NCBI GenBank assembly: GCA_037379345.1 | Contig: CM074517.1 | Span: forward strand, 2,542,001-2,606,000 | Source of the DNA: Perna viridis | Taxonomy: Eukaryota | DNA length: 64,000 nucleotides | Reading direction: 5' to 3' | Shown: in pieces, positions 1-30,400 of the stretch | How the letters are laid out: every line of letters begins with the position of its first letter | How positions within the stretch are numbered: the first letter of the stretch is position 1 | Position numbers and translations under genes: made by a program | Notes under the pieces: model-generated | The model's database searches: none | What the model saw: the letters and a program-made list of their open reading frames with translations, nothing else | Told to the model about the DNA's origin: nothing

Positions 1-15356
<15,356 letters not shown>

Positions 15357-15386
15357 TCAACTACAGCAACTAGTGTGTGAATGTGT

Positions 15387-15571
15387 TGTTAGTGTGTGTT
15401 TACAGAGTTCCAGTGGTGATGACTGGTTGTCATTGTTAGTGTGTGTTTACAGAGTTCCAGTGGTGATGACTGGTTGTCATTGTTGGTGTGTGTTTACAGA
15501 GTTCCAGTGGTGATGACTGGTTGTCATTGTTAGTGTGTGTTTAGAGAGTTCTAGTGTTGATGACTGGTCAT
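15387..15571. repeat. 47-bp tandem repeat, 4 copies, in the RABGAP1 3'UTR
   Basis: Unit TGTTAGTGTGTGTTTACAGAGTTCCAGTGGTGATGACTGGTTGTCAT. Confidence 0.9.
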
Positions 15572-15574
15572 CAG

Positions 15575-15580
15575 AATAAA
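15575..15580 (+). promoter_or_regulatory. Candidate polyadenylation signal AATAAA of RABGAP1-like (another at 17264-17269)
   Basis: AATAAA about 220 nt after the stop, followed by GT-rich sequence. Not verifiable without transcripts. Confidence 0.3.
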
Positions 15581-17823
15581 GGCTGTGACATGATATGAAA
15601 TGTGTGTATTTATTGTGTATGTAAGAAAAAAAGAATAATATTTACTACTGATTTTATCATAGATTCTGAGCAAGAAGCATAAATATTTTGAATGTTTAAC
15701 TGCAAATATACATTTTAGATAATATTTGGTTCATTGTGTATGCACTGTGTATTTGTCTTATTCTTTGTTTCCTATAAGTGTTAGCTACATTTTTATTTAT
15801 TCTTTGGACTTCTGTTTTAGCATCCTGGTACATGAAATATATTTAATATTTGTAGGGGCTTTATTGATTGGAATGAACAAGACATTTTACTTTCTTTTCT
15901 AGGTTCATTGTATTGCAAAAACAAAGGGTTCTCAAATCATTAATTATTAGTTTTCCATAGATGGAATTTCTTATACTGCTACTGGAAACACATATAAACT
16001 TACAAACCTTTAATTTAAGCTTTATAGAAAACATTTATTTCCTCTATGAACATTGAATGTTCAGTATATTGTATATAACACTGTAATGTCTAGTCAGTTG
16101 TGTACAGAGTTATGTTTTTCTTCTTTTAAAACTTACTGCATTTAGTCCATAAGACGTGTACAAATCATCATTTGATCAGCAAACAACAAAATAATTTATA
16201 TCCCACATGAAAAAAGAAATGTGTCAATTAATCATCTGTACTAGTGAAAAATTGTGTCTTATGATAATTTATACTTGTGGAAATTATTGTCACATTATCA
16301 TCTATACTGTTGAAAAAAATGTGTCGCATGATAATTACTACTTGTGAAAAAAATGTGTACCATGATCATCATTACTGTTGAAAAAAAATCAGTACTTGTG
16401 AAAAATGTATCACATGATCATCAGTACTGTTAAAAAAATTTGTTACATGATCATCTGTACTGGTGGAAAAAATGTGTTTCATTTTTATTTAAGTTGCTAT
16501 CAATATTGTATTATTTTCCTTTGTAAAGGACCAGGAAAACAATAATTATAGTTGTTCTTTAGAGATATTATTACGTGTATTATTCCAGCTGTCACCAATG
16601 ATAGCTACAATAACAAAGAAAATCTTCATTTATTATTGTCAGAAGTCCTAATTTTTAATATAACTGCTGGTAGTGCATTGATAAAAGCATCAGAATAATT
16701 TCTAATATATTTTTATTGTATTATTTCAATCAGTACCACAGACTCATTTTATCTGTAAACTTTAATTTGAAGTTTTCTTTCACAAAAAATCATTTAGATT
16801 TGAGGTCTTAGTGCCTGGTTAATGGCTTGGCAGGAACAGCTTCTATAATACTGTATAATACTTGTTATTATAGAAAGAGGTGTGATTTGTTGATTACCAA
16901 AGAAGACATCCCACCCATCATATTACTGTGATTTTTGCTTATCTTATGGATGATCATACTTAGTGGCTATCATTTCTTAGTAAAGTTTTGTCATCTTATT
17001 TATATTCTTTTTCAAATGGAAATTAATACGTGTATCCTAAATCTGCACTAAACCTACTTGATATGTACCCTCATAGCCTCATAGAACATATTCTGATACC
17101 TTGTTTCGAATTGAGTTTTATACATTTTAAGTACTGGGCATTCTCTTATGTAATAGACAAGCTTTTCACTATTGGTCCATTGTATAATGTGCAATTCTGT
17201 GTTAATGTCTTTAGATGACTTTGTTATAAGCTTTTATATTGTTGTACAGCTATATGATATAACAATAAAACATGTCAGAACATCTTAAACATACATTATT
17301 AATGTCAAAGTGTTTATTGTATTTACTGACCATTAATTTTTATTTGACAGGTATCAATAGGTCCAGACTGCTTCGAATCAATATTTTTTTCCTTATTATA
17401 CTCCCTAAATGGGGGTAAATAGTGAAAGGGATGTCCATCCTTCCATTTCCTAGGGGAAACCCATCTCTTGTCCATTACACCACTGAATGGAATTAAATGT
17501 AACCTTCACAGAATCTTTATTACATGTTCCCAATGTGTACCTTCTATTTTAGATTTTGATCTTAATCATTAAGCGGGTTTTACTTAGCAAAACATGGACT
17601 TTGTCATTTCTGAATATGTGGACAAGGGAGGACCCATCTTTTATCTGTTACTCCTCCTACACCACTGAATGAATGAAACTTGAATCTTTTTCACTTGTTC
17701 CCATTATGCACCTCTAGTTTTAGGTTTTATCCAAATCAATATGGAGGTCAGAAAGTGCATGTTATCAAATGGTAGAGTGGGGGTATCGAGTTTTTGCCAA
17801 ATTTTATATTTGTGTTGTGATAA

Positions 17824-19226
17824 TTTATTATACCCTTGCAAACAAAGTTTGTGATGAAATATAGGTTTCACCTGTCTGTCTTGTCTTTCTGTCCACACTC
17901 TTTTCTAAGTGGCTTGCAGCATTGTTATGAAACTTTGTGGGATGTAATATAAACACATGGAGATATGCATACTGTCAGGAATTATATTTGGACAAAAATT
18001 GTGGAAATGACAGCTGTTGAACTTCCGCATTTCTCATCAGACTTTGTTTGATGCGTTTTCTGTAACTCCTCCTTAACAACTTTCAGGTTTATTATGAAAC
18101 TTGAGGTGTGTAAGATAATCATATTAGGATGTGCAAATTTTCAGGAATTTATGTTTGGGCAAAAACTGTAGAAGTGATGGCTGTTTGAACTTGCACAATT
18201 TTCAGCAAAACTTGGTCTGATGCATTGTTTACAACTCCTCCTTAAGAACTTGCAGGATTGTGATGAAACTCATGGAGTGTTAAATTACCATATTGGGTAT
18301 ACATATTGTCATGAATTTATGTTAACAGTAAAGCATTCATATTCTGTTGTTGTGTTGTGAATAACTAAAAAATATTACTGATTGTGGTTTTGAGTTGGGA
18401 GTTTTTAGAAATAGCAGCAAAGTTGTATATAAAAAGTGCTTAGTCTTTCCACCATAGAAATTATGTCCAGTATGAACCATTTGTCCATATTGGTCTCCAA
18501 ATGTACTGGGGTACATGGTTCAACAGCTTGTGTGGGGTATTGGTCCTGTTAGGGGCAATGTGTCGTTTGATGGTTCAACAGGCTGTGTGGGGTATTAGTC
18601 CTGTTAGGGGCAATGTGTAGTTCGATGGTTCAACAGGCTGTGTGGGGTATTAGTCCCATTAAGGGCAATGTGTAGTTCGATGGTTCAACAGGCTGTGTGG
18701 GGTATTAGTCCTGTTAGGGGCAATGTGTAGTTAAATGGTTCAGCAGGCTGTGTGGGGTATTAGTCCTGTTAGGGGCAATGTGTAGTTCGATGGTTCAACA
18801 GGCTGTGTGGGGTACTAGTCCCATTAAGGGCAATGTGTAGTTTGATGAATCAACAGGCTGTGTGGGGTATTAGTCCCATTAAGGGCAATGTGTAGTTCGA
18901 TGGTTCAACAGGCTGTGTGTGGTATTAGTCCCGTTAGGGGCAATGTGTAGTTCGATGAATCAACAGGCTGTGTGGGGTATTAGTCCTGTTAGGGGCAATG
19001 TGTAGTTCGATGGTTCAACAGGCTGTGTGGGGTATTAGTCCTGTTAGGGGCAATGTGTAGTTCGATGGTTCAACAGGCTGTGTGGGGTATTAGTCCTGTT
19101 AGGGGCAATGTGTAGTTCGATGAATCAACAGGCTGTGTGGGGTATTAGTCCTGTTAGGGGCAATGTGTAGTTTGATGGTTCAACAGACTGTGTGGGGTAT
19201 TAGTCCTGTTAGGGGCAGTGTCTAGT
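17824..19226 (+). mobile_element. Helentron-like element with an amplified 3' terminus
   Basis: 5' TTATTATACCCTTGCAAACAAAG and (GTCT)n-like tract shared with 57882-58453; ends ...GGGGTATTAG...GTCTAGTT. Confidence 0.5.
18516..19226. repeat. 55-bp minisatellite, about 13 copies
   Basis: Unit TGGTTCAACAGGCTGTGTGGGGTATTAGTCCTGTTAGGGGCAATGTGTAGTTCGA. Confidence 0.95.
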
Positions 19227-19236
19227 TTGCAACAGG

Positions 19237-20362
19237 TTTTATTATGCCCCTGTGACAAACTGTTGAGGGGCATATTTATTTACTCCTGTATGTTCGTTTA
19301 TACCCGGATTACACATGATTATGGCTTGTCTGGCTATCTCCTCCTACAGTTTTTGAACTACATCTAAAATATTTTACAGGATATTTCTACACGTTATTAG
19401 GGTGTGCAGGGCCAAAGGAATATTTTTTTGTGAAATATTACGGAAATTGGTGATAGTTAAACTTAAGTCATTTTACTCAAAAATAGGGCTATATAGCTTG
19501 TCCGGCTATCTCCTTGTACAGTTTTTGAACTACATCTAAAATATTTTACAGGATATTTCTACACATGATAAAGGTGTGCAGGGCCAAAGGAATTTAACTT
19601 TCGTGAAATATTGTGGAAATTGGTGATAGTTAAACTTAAGTCATTTTATTCAGAAATATATAGATCATGGCTTGTCCGGCTATCTCCTCATAGTTTTTGA
19701 ACTACATCTAAAATATTTTACAGGATATTTCTACACATGATGAAGGTGTGCAGGGCCAAAGGAAATTGATTTTCATGAAATATTACAGAAATTGGTGAAA
19801 GTTAGACATAGTTATTTTCATTAGAAATAGGGCTATATGGCTTGTATGACTATCTTCATCTAAAATATTTTTTGCAGGATGTTTCTAGACATAATGATGG
19901 TGTGCAAGGTTTTCATGAAATATTACAGAACTGGGTGATAATTAGACTTTGTTATTTTTGTCAGAAATGTATCCCAAGCAACAAAGTTAGGGATTTGTTA
20001 TGGGGGTATTAACATTTTTATGTGTCCATTAATACGTCCATCGGTCCTCTTTTTCTCGTTGCAACTAGCCTAACACTACCAAACAGAATATCATGACACT
20101 ATGTGGCCAGGATACAATATGTACTTATACATATATTTAGGAATTTCTTATCCCCAAATTGATCCTCAGACCATGAGTAACACAAGTCTTGGAAGGATTC
20201 TGAATCTGCAAACCATGTCTTCATACAAAAATAAACATGTTCCTAATTTGGAAAATCTAGCGAGCGGGGCTTCATTAGTCTTACAGACACATTTGATTTA
20301 CTTTTAAAAAAAATCACAACTAACAAATGAGGCGGGGGCTCCTGTGATAAACACGTCTAGTT
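19237..20362 (+). mobile_element. Dispersed Helentron-like element, family B copy 1 (internal ~173-bp tandem modules)
   Basis: Highly similar to 52561-53387 across its length; starts TTTTATTATGCCC, ends CTAGTT. Confidence 0.65.
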
Positions 20363-20920
20363 TTCAATGCCAACAAAATTTTTAGTGAGAAGTATGTAGG
20401 ATTCACCACATTGGTCCATATCTGAATTTTAATGAACATTTTTAGGAGTGTTTGATTCCTGACAGACAATCCCCACGTTTTAATATGTCATAAGGGCACC
20501 TTCTCAATGAATCTTAATAGAAAGGTGAGGCATCAAATCCATAATGGTAGATGATTATTATTCCTGTAAGGAAAGTAAATACAACATAAAAGTTTCAGTT
20601 AATAATAAAATCCAAGTGAAAAAGGATGTGTTCAGGAGCTGATACAGGAATTGAAGAACAGGAGAGTGCTTGCTGTGATCTTCTGTCAATTAAACTATTT
20701 TTCTTCCATACAGTATTTCCAGTAGGGTATGGTCAAAGTAACAGATCTTTGTGATATACTCTCATCAACAAAGGGTTATAGTAATGTTGTCTTTGACAAC
20801 CTTTGGAACACTTAGAACCAAACTTGTAGAAACCTGGAAATCTTGCTTTAAAAGGTCTGTACTAAATGGTTGGCATTGCATTTATTGGTAATTTCTATGT
20901 TGTTATCAACTTATACCCTT

Positions 20921-22068
20921 GTTAGCTCATCTGGCCGAAAGGCCATGTGAGTTATTGCAGTCACCATGTCTGTTGTCATCATCCATTAACTTTTTCAAAC
21001 ATCTCCTCTGAAGATTGTAACTAAACTTTGCACAAATATTCCTAAGGGTATCTTTAACAATCCTTGTCTGGGGATATTTGATCTGGCAAAAAACATGGCT
21101 GCTGTTACTAAAAATAGACCATAGGCGTAAAATTGCAGAAGTAGGCAAATAACTCAAAAACAGTTCGGTTTAGCTGAAATCTGGCAGGAGGATGAAATTG
21201 TTCAGCATGATGGGATGGACCTATACCAAAATTTTCAGGAAGATTTGTCAATAAATGAATGAGTTGTGGTCCTGAAATGGATTTTTTACCAGAATTTTAC
21301 ATTTCCAACTTAGAAAATTTTCTCCTCTGAAACTACTGGATGGATTGAAAATAAACTTTGCATGAATGTTATGTAGATCATGTTTAACAATCTGTGCGTT
21401 AAGATTATTGATCTTGCAAAAAACATGGCCACTATTTTTAAAAATAGAACATAGGGGGCAAATTGCAGAATTATGCGAATAACTCTAAAACAGCTGGGTT
21501 TAGCCTAAAATCTGGCAGGGAGTAAAATTTCCAGCATGATGGGATTGACTTGTGCCGAAAATTTTCACAAAGATCTGTTGATGAATGTATGAGTTATGGA
21601 TCAAGAAATGATTTTTCTTGAAAATCTTCTCCTCTTCAGACAACATGTAGGATGAATTATAACCAAACATGGCATGAATGTTAGTTAGGATATCCTTAGC
21701 AATTTTTTATCTGTGGAAAAACATGACCACCACTACTAAAATTCGAGGGTTTGTTGAAATTACTTGAAAACCCATGGGTTTAGCTGAATTTTCTTGGAGA
21801 AAAAATTGTTCAGCATGGTGAGACCGACCTATGCTGAATTTTTCATAAATATTGGTTTCTCAATATTGAGTTATGGCCCTTGAAGTCAAATAAAAAACTA
21901 TGAGAGATTTATTTTATATTATGAAATTCTGGTGGATAACTAAGATGCTCTGTATTGATTAAATGACTCTTGTGACAATAGTACGGTAAGGTGACTAGTC
22001 CAGCTTTAGAAAGCTATAAAGACTTTTTGACCAGGTGAGTGATTCAGACTCCATAGCCTCTCTAGTTT
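20921..22068 (+). mobile_element. Helentron/HINE-like element, family A copy 2
   Basis: Starts GTTAGCTCATCTGGCCGAAAGGCCATGTGAG, has internal repeated modules, ends CCAGGTGAGTGATTCAGACTCC. Confidence 0.6.
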
Positions 22069-24353
22069 TTTATGTTATAAATATCAACGAAATCTTGTTT
22101 TTCCTTCAAAACTAATTCTCTGTTATCACTAAGTAGTAAAGCAAAGAGCCACAAAAAAACAAAAACAGAAAAAAAAACATACATGAGAAAATGCCCGAAG
22201 GAATTGAATAAAAGTCATGGTCTATCCATCAGCCAGTGATATGACTCCAATGACATATTGTAGTTATAACATAAAATCAATCTAATATATACATACAACT
22301 GGTATAGTTCATTGTTGGTATCAGTTGTCATACCCAAGGACACCTAACAGGAGGACATTTTCCAAGGGCCTTAATCAATCTTAGTATATGTTTTAGTATA
22401 GGTTATAAATGCTGATATGAATGGAAGCTTAAGATATGTATACATAGTTTGACACGAACTGCCAAGAGCATTTGTTTAAACAGTGAATCGGTACACATTA
22501 AAAGAACTTGTTAAAATATTTTATTACACAGTATCCTGAGCATATGTCTATATAATGATAAAGGTTAATAGCACAAAAAAAAATCCACATATTATGATCA
22601 TCAATGATTATGCGTACTTCATTTCACATTGTACGTATTAGAAACCTCCTGTAAGTTAACTTATATAGTTCTAGCATTTAAATCAGGCTTTTATTTTCAT
22701 AAAAAATAGGGGATGTCATCCAGGAGCTTTTAATCTAAAATATAACTCGTTCATCACTCACTTCAGAAATCTAGAGTTACAAAGAATGCAATGGAATCTT
22801 CAAAGTGTCATCTACAATATTGTACTTTATTAAGTAACAGAAGAAAGGATAAAGTGAGTAAAGTTTTATTTCTGTTATAAACATCTACTATGTTAATATT
22901 TTAGCCAATAGAACTTGGATATCAATATGAATGTTTCATGAAATGGAATTAAATATAGAACATCACAACTACCATCAATAAAATCTTTCTTGAACTAATA
23001 AGGTCAAAGTTCAAATGCTTCATAAAACATAATGAATGAAACACAAAAATAAAAAAAAAAAATTCAACATTTCTGTGATTTCTTAATAAGTGCAATTGGC
23101 AGTTGTACACATGTAGCATACATTTTGTAAATAAATATAATGTTCAATTACATGCCAACTTTCACCACAGGAAGATAACATATATATATATATTTGGTTT
23201 CAGTAGTAGCCAACATATGATAATACAAATATGCATTACAGGGTTTGAATGAATTTGGCACCTCTTCTATTTGATCTCATTGATTTGAATTTCTCTAGAA
23301 TAATAAGAACTTTAAAAAAGCCATTTCATTTTCAATTTAGAACAAAACAGAATTTTCCATAATTTTGAGCAACAAATTACATCAATACTGTACCCAGTAC
23401 AATAAAAACATAACAGAATCACATAATAAACAGTAGAAAAATAGTACACTTGTTATTACAAACAAACAAACAAACAACAATAAAAAGATGGAATGTTTTA
23501 AGTAAACATAACAATAAAAAAATAGAAAAAAAAAATAAATTCAATAACTAATCACAGTCATATAAAGGCAACAAGGTATGTATAAAATCTTCATTTTCCT
23601 TCACCTTTCACTCAACTTCGGGTGTTTCGACACTCATTAAATAAATGTTTAAAATACAACTGATATGGTCCTAACAACACAAAAATAGAATGGACGGATA
23701 ATTTTATCAAAACTACACTGGTGTCACATGTTTCATATCTGGAATATTTATGCTGCACTTTTGTAGTATCACCAAAAAATTTAAAACAGGCAAATTATTA
23801 CATATAATAACATGTAAATCCTTTTGTCATTAATAAGGCTTTAAATTTTGCAACACTTGCACTAATTTTATTAAAATTCTGCTGGAGCTTGTTCCTGTAT
23901 TTGTCAAACTCATAAAAATGAATTTATATTGGAAGTTGTTTACTAATAGAACATTACTTGACTATCTTCTCAAGAGGTTATCATACATACATTAGTAGAT
24001 ATATATATATTGAGCAGATAGACTTATTATTTTCTAATAAACATTGTAAAGAATATATAATTCCATGGTTGTCTTACAAATGTTTTATTATGACTTAACA
24101 GCAAACTTATGACAACTGTTTATTTTTTCACAATGAAACCATATAAATGTAATATTGTCTGTATTTTGTTTCAAATTACATCTTTCTTTGGAGTAATCAC
24201 ATCAAAGATAAGTCCTAATTTGAAGATGGTGAAATACTAAGTTTGGTATTATACATCAGTAAAGTAACATGATTTGATAAATGCACTTTCTGTTAAAGCT
24301 CTATCTAAAGAAGAGTTAAAGAAAATTGTTAATACATCTTCTAATTCAATTGT

Positions 24354-24466
24354 TCAAGCCATTGTTTTAGATCTAATGAACATGCCATAATTCTCATTAG
24401 GATGAGCGCAGACTGACAGCTGTCGAGTTGTATCTCCGTATGTATTTCCAAAAACATATCTTTTAT
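24354..24466 (-). CDS. FAM166B: FAM166-like exon 7 (HKRYVFGNTYGDTTRQLSVCAH...KTMA*)
   Basis: TTTTCAG acceptor, TGA at 24356-24354. Confidence 0.85.
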
Positions 24467-27400
24467 CTGAAAAGAAAAAAAAAATCAAAATTCATAAAAT
24501 TTAAATAATTTTAGAAATAGATGTCATGCAATTTACTTCAACATGGACAAAAGTACTACAACTATGTATATGTGAGTTTTTATTCCATGCTCGATCAATA
24601 AGTTCAATTTCTTGGTACTCATTCAATTTAGCCCTTTAATGACCGCACCATGCCCTTTCATTTGATGCATAAAATAAAAAGGTCAAGCTGATGCTCTAAT
24701 CAATTAAAACCTACATTTAGGTTTCTAGTTTTAACTTCACTTGTTTTTTTCTGATATAATTTACCATATAACATTTCTACAATGATTTTTAGACTTTGAA
24801 AATAATTTGTTTTCTTTCTGTACTGTGGATTTGATCTGATAGTAACTTACGAGGAATATAACCAGTATATTTAGGGATCATTCCATCTTGTAAGTAAAGT
24901 CTACGATAACCAGATGAACCAAAGTCAGCACTAGCAGCAGGTGCTGTTGATGGAGGTTGAGGGATACTAAGTTTTTCCATTGGTACACTAAAATAATAAT
25001 AATAATAATAAAAAAAAAATGTTTAATTCTATTTTGTGAACTACTAATAAAGAGGAACAAAAACAATCATGCTCATATTTCACTTGACTTATACAGAGAA
25101 TAAATATTCTAAGGAAACTGATGAAATGGACAAAACTATCTTTCACTATATACCTTTTTAAAGCTTGTGGTATTTCTGCTCCAGCAACTCTGGCATGATT
25201 TGCTGTTTCTTGTACAAACATTTCTAATCCTTTTTTTGTTGTCTGATTATAGCGACAGCCCAAACCTTTTTCTGTTGTCTTAATTCTAGGTATGTAACCA
25301 CGGTAACCAGGCATTGGTGGCTCTGTCAAAGGTCGTTTATTTTCTATAAAATTAAACAACAGTTTGCATTGTATTCTTACCCCTGTTGCTGTTAATGCAT
25401 ACATAATACATTATCTTCATTCTGTTTAAAAAAAACAGTGAAAACACAAGACACAAGTTCACATTATCTGCTTCCCCAGGAAAATCATTTTTTGTTCAGA
25501 ACTTCCCTTCTAAAAAAAATCCTATTTTCCTGGTTTCAAATGAGACCAAACTGATACCCTGGTACTATATAATTTCTCAAGAATCTAAAACACCAACAGG
25601 TATGCTTATAATGCAGGATTTCACATCTTTTATTGAAGTAAGGAGGTCATATATGACTAGTTATCTTTACACTTATTTTATTGAATTATGCATTGCACAC
25701 TTTACCATGGGTTCTGTAAGAGCTTATGGTTTAGCTCTACCCTGTGATGAAGGCTATGGGTACATTTCAGATGTATGTCTACCCTGTGATGAAGGCTTAT
25801 AGGTACATTTCAGATATATTCTACCCTGTAATAAAGGCTTATGGGTACATTTCAGATGTATTCTACCCTGTAATAAAGGCTTATGGGTACATTTCAGATG
25901 TATGTCTACCCTGTGATGAAGGCTTATAGGTACATTTCAGATATATTCTACCCTGTGATGAAACCTTATGGGTACATTTCAGATGTGTTCTACCCTGTGA
26001 TGAAGGCTTATGGGTACATTTCAGATGTATGTCTACCTTGTAATAAAGGCTTATGGGTACATTTCAGATGTATTCTACCCTGTAATAAAGGCTTATGGGT
26101 ACATTTCAGATGTATTCTACCCTGTAATAAAGGCTTATGGGTACATTTCAGATGTATGTCTACCCTGTGATGAAGGCTTATGGGTACATTTCAGATGTAT
26201 TCTACCCTGTAATAAAGGCTTATGGGTACATTTTAGATGTATTCTACCCTGCAATGAAGGCTTATGGGTACATTTCAGATGTATGTCTACCCTGTGATGA
26301 AGACCTATGGGTACATTTCAGACGTATTCTACCCTGTGATGAAGGCTATGGGTACATTTCAGATGTATTCTACCCTGTGATGAATGCTTATGGGTACATT
26401 TCAGATGTACTTTACCCTATGTTGAAGGCTTATGGGTACATTTCAGATGTATTTTACCCTGTGATGACGACTTATGGGTACACTTCAGATGTATTTTGGT
26501 CTGGAGTATTTGACAGTTATGTATACTTTTGTTGGACTTCATATCTTTAGCTGAGGAAGGTTGTACACAACTAGTAGTCCCTCCCTTATTTTGTTGATGG
26601 GTCCTGTAAGAGCTTCTGGCTTAGTTTTACTCCATGTTGAAGGTAATTTCAGCTTAGTTTGAGTTATTAACTTTTTGCCAAAACCCTACTGGGATAAATC
26701 ATTATGACAGTTTGATGTTCCTTCTTACCTAACAAGATTTCTCTCTGTGGATGCGTATCTCTGTACATATTTAATTTATCCCTGACATCAGGATCGTATG
26801 ATATAGCGCGTAGTCGTGGATAACCACTAACTTGTTTCTGTAAGTCATTATACTTAGCATCATGATATTTATAATTGGTCATATGTTGGTCTATACACAC
26901 ATCACAGTCTTCTTTGTATGTATTTCCAAATTTGAATGGCATTCTTGGAATGTAACCTAAACCAAAAAAAAAAAAGAAAATTTGTTATTGTACATGTACT
27001 GTATCTTAAATTCTTAGTAGTGAGAACCTACACTTGACTAAATACAACAGACAAGCATTAAAAGCATCACAAATCAAATGGGACCCTTCCTGTTTTTTTG
27101 GCGACAGTGGAATTAATACAAGATTACACTGGTCTCAGTTTGGTGACAACTTAGGGCTACGGATATATATAAAAAGAACTTATATAACATAAGGAATATA
27201 TCTGGTCCATTTTCTACCACGATTATTCTATTCTAATTTCTGAAGTTGTATATTTACCTCATTTCCAAAAAGAAAAATTAATGATTACCAACAAAATAAG
27301 TTGTTTACGTTTAGCTTTTTTTTAACAAACTTTTCTAAAGCAATTTGAAAACATACTTTTTGCTATCTAATGTGAGATATCTAAAGTAGTTTGCAGAAAA

Positions 27401-30400
27401 CACTGTATAAATACATTAATACACTCAGTAGGACAAAAACCTGATAAAACATACAAAATATTTAGATAGATAAATCACTACCATGATATAAACCTATTAA
27501 GTGTTGCCAGTATTTATTTAAGACTTAAAAATTGATAATAAATTTTGGCCTGTGTTGCATGGTGAATGTGGTTACCAACACACCATTAAAACCTCAGATC
27601 TTCACAACACATCGTTCCTGTACTATGTGTATCTGACCATGAGAAATATAATCATGCAGGTAGTGGTAATTTATTCTTCTACCAGTAGTTCAAATGAATT
27701 AGTTGAGAAGGATATGGACAGCAATATTGTATGTATAAGTTTATATATACAAATTTCACATTTAAGGAAACATATAAACTAGATGAGTCAATCGGCATCA
27801 AGTTAAAAAAAAAGAAACTGAACTTTTTCCCTGACAATCTCTCACACAAAGTAAAGTTTGGCATTTCAGATATTTCCTAAGTCAATAACTGGTAACGTTT
27901 TATGGTCAATACAGTATAAATCAACTAGAAACAATCCATCTGTGGCTGTTATAAAGTGTACAGGAAAATCTCATAAAACCATTGTACTTGGATACCATAG
28001 ATCTTTTTGGTGCTTTTGTATTCTGTGGTAAGGAAGACAATTATCATTAAAAGGGCAATTCAGATCTTCAATCAAACATAATCAATACAATACTTTATGG
28101 TAACAACATTGTAACCGGTATCAATAAGATTATTAACTGATATACGAACTTAAACAAATCAAACATGATTTGAATGTGACCAATCTATTATTTTTATGTC
28201 AAAAGAAAAAGATAATGGCTGCATATTATTCAATTCTAAAATTTTGGCATCTAATGGGAAAATAAATGATACCCAACCATGTTGTGTTGTATTTGATACC
28301 CAAGGATATGTGCTAAATTAAAAATCATAACATATTCACAACTAACTCAAATTCAAATGTTTATCCAGACTCCATAACCTCAACAGAACTAACTTTCACC
28401 TTCTTTTTCAGCATTCCAAAAAAAGATTACTCCAATGAATCAAGAAAAAAAAATCTCCTTTTCATATTCCAAGAATGATAACTAATTCGTTGAGGACAAA
28501 AGAACTGAAAATGACATTTTCAGACTCCAGAACATTTTTTTCACAATTCTTCAGTACTCAAAGAAAGATAACTCCAATTCATGAAATAATACAACTTAAA
28601 ATGGCCACAGCATTAGTGCAATACATCCTTTCACAGTGAAATTTAAACCTGATCTTTGTTTTATTATACTTATCAACTATACAAAGTTTAAAAAAGTTCC
28701 TTTCACATCTACAAAAGTTATTATCTGAAAACAGTCCATGGATGGACAAACACACAACTTTTCGGAGGGTACTTAGTAATCACATAATACCACACCACTT
28801 CATGTGGTAGAGTAAAGGTCTTAACAACATAACAGATTAGAAAGTAACTAGATACCTGTATACCCTGGCACCATGTTTTGTGTATATTTGTTGTCTCCTG
28901 TTGACTCAGGTAACTGACTTGTAACTCTTGGAACATATTCTGGGTGTGCTACTACTGTATTGGTGGGGGCAACATGTATTGTGCCCTGAAAAATACAAAA
29001 ATAAACACTTATTTATCAAGTGTTACTAAGTAAATAACAGCAGTAATTAAGTAAGAGCTGTACAAGTAAAGTATTAATGATGGATTTTGTGTTTGTTACT
29101 CAGCAGTACTACATTAGATCAGTTTTCATTACTCAGTAGTATTACATTAGGTCAGTTATTGGTACTCAGTAGTATAAAATTAGGTCAGTAATTAGTACTC
29201 AGTAGTATTACACTAGGTCTGTGATTGGTACTCGGTAGTATTACATTAGGTCAGTTTTCATTACTCAGTGGTATTATATTAGGTCAGTTATTGGTACTCA
29301 GTAGTATTACATATTAGGTCAGTGATTGGTATTCAGTAGTAATACACTAGGTCTGTGATTGGTACTCGGTAGTATTACATTAGGTATTTTTCTGTTACTC
29401 GGCAGTATTACATTAGGTCAGTTTCTGTTACTCAGTAGGCTTATATTAGGCGAGCTACTGGTACTCAGCAGTACTACATTAGGTCAGATTTTGTTACCGA
29501 ATAGTATTTCATTAGGTCAGTGTTTGGTACTCAATAGTTTTACATTCGGTAAATTTCTGTTACTCGGTAGTATTACATTAGGTCTGTTTCTGTTACTCAG
29601 TAGATTTATATTAGGTCAGTGATTGGTACTCAGTAGTATTACATTAGGTCAGTGATTGGTACTCAGTAGTATTATATTAGGTCAGTTTTTGTTCCTCAGT
29701 AGTATAAAATTAGGTCAGTAATTGGTACTCAGTAGTACTACATTAGGTCAGTTTCTGATACTCAGTAGGTTTATATTAGGTCAATGACTGGTACTCAGTA
29801 GTATTGCATATTAGGTCAGTTTCTGTTACTCACAAGTATCATTGATACTCAGTATTATTACAATAGGTCGATTTTTGTTACTCAGCAGTATTACATTAGG
29901 TCAGGTCTTGTTACTCGGTACTATTACATGTACATTAGGTCAGTGTTTGTCAATTTAACATAAGGGCAAGTTTTTATAACTAAGTACTATTACATTAGGT
30001 CAGATCTTGTTACTCAGCAGTACTACATGTACATTAGGTCAGTGATTGTTACTCAGTAGTATTACATTAGGTCAGTTTTGTTACTCAGTAACATTATGTA
30101 TTGGGTCAGTTTTTGTTACTCAGTAGCATTACATATTTGGTAAGTTTCTGTTACTTAGTAGTATTACACAAGGTCAGTGTTTGGTACTCAGTAGTAATAT
30201 ATTAGGTCAGTGACTGGTACTCAGTAGTACTATATTAGGTCAGTGATTGGTACTCAGTAGTATTATATTAGGTCAGTGATTGGTGCTCAGTATTATTACA
30301 TTAGATCATTTTTTGTTACTCAGTACTATTACATGTACATTAGATTATTACAAACACAAGTTTTTATAACTAAGTTATTACATTAGGTCAGTTTTTGAGA

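Noticed and set aside
25602-26550. Overlapping repetitive ORFs (YPVIKAYGYISDVF)n
   Set aside because: Minisatellite translation with frame shifts between units, antisense within a FAM166 intron.
29359-29622. Leu-rich repetitive ORF
   Set aside because: By-product of the 33-bp repeat; neighbouring units contain stops and there is no splice or homology support.
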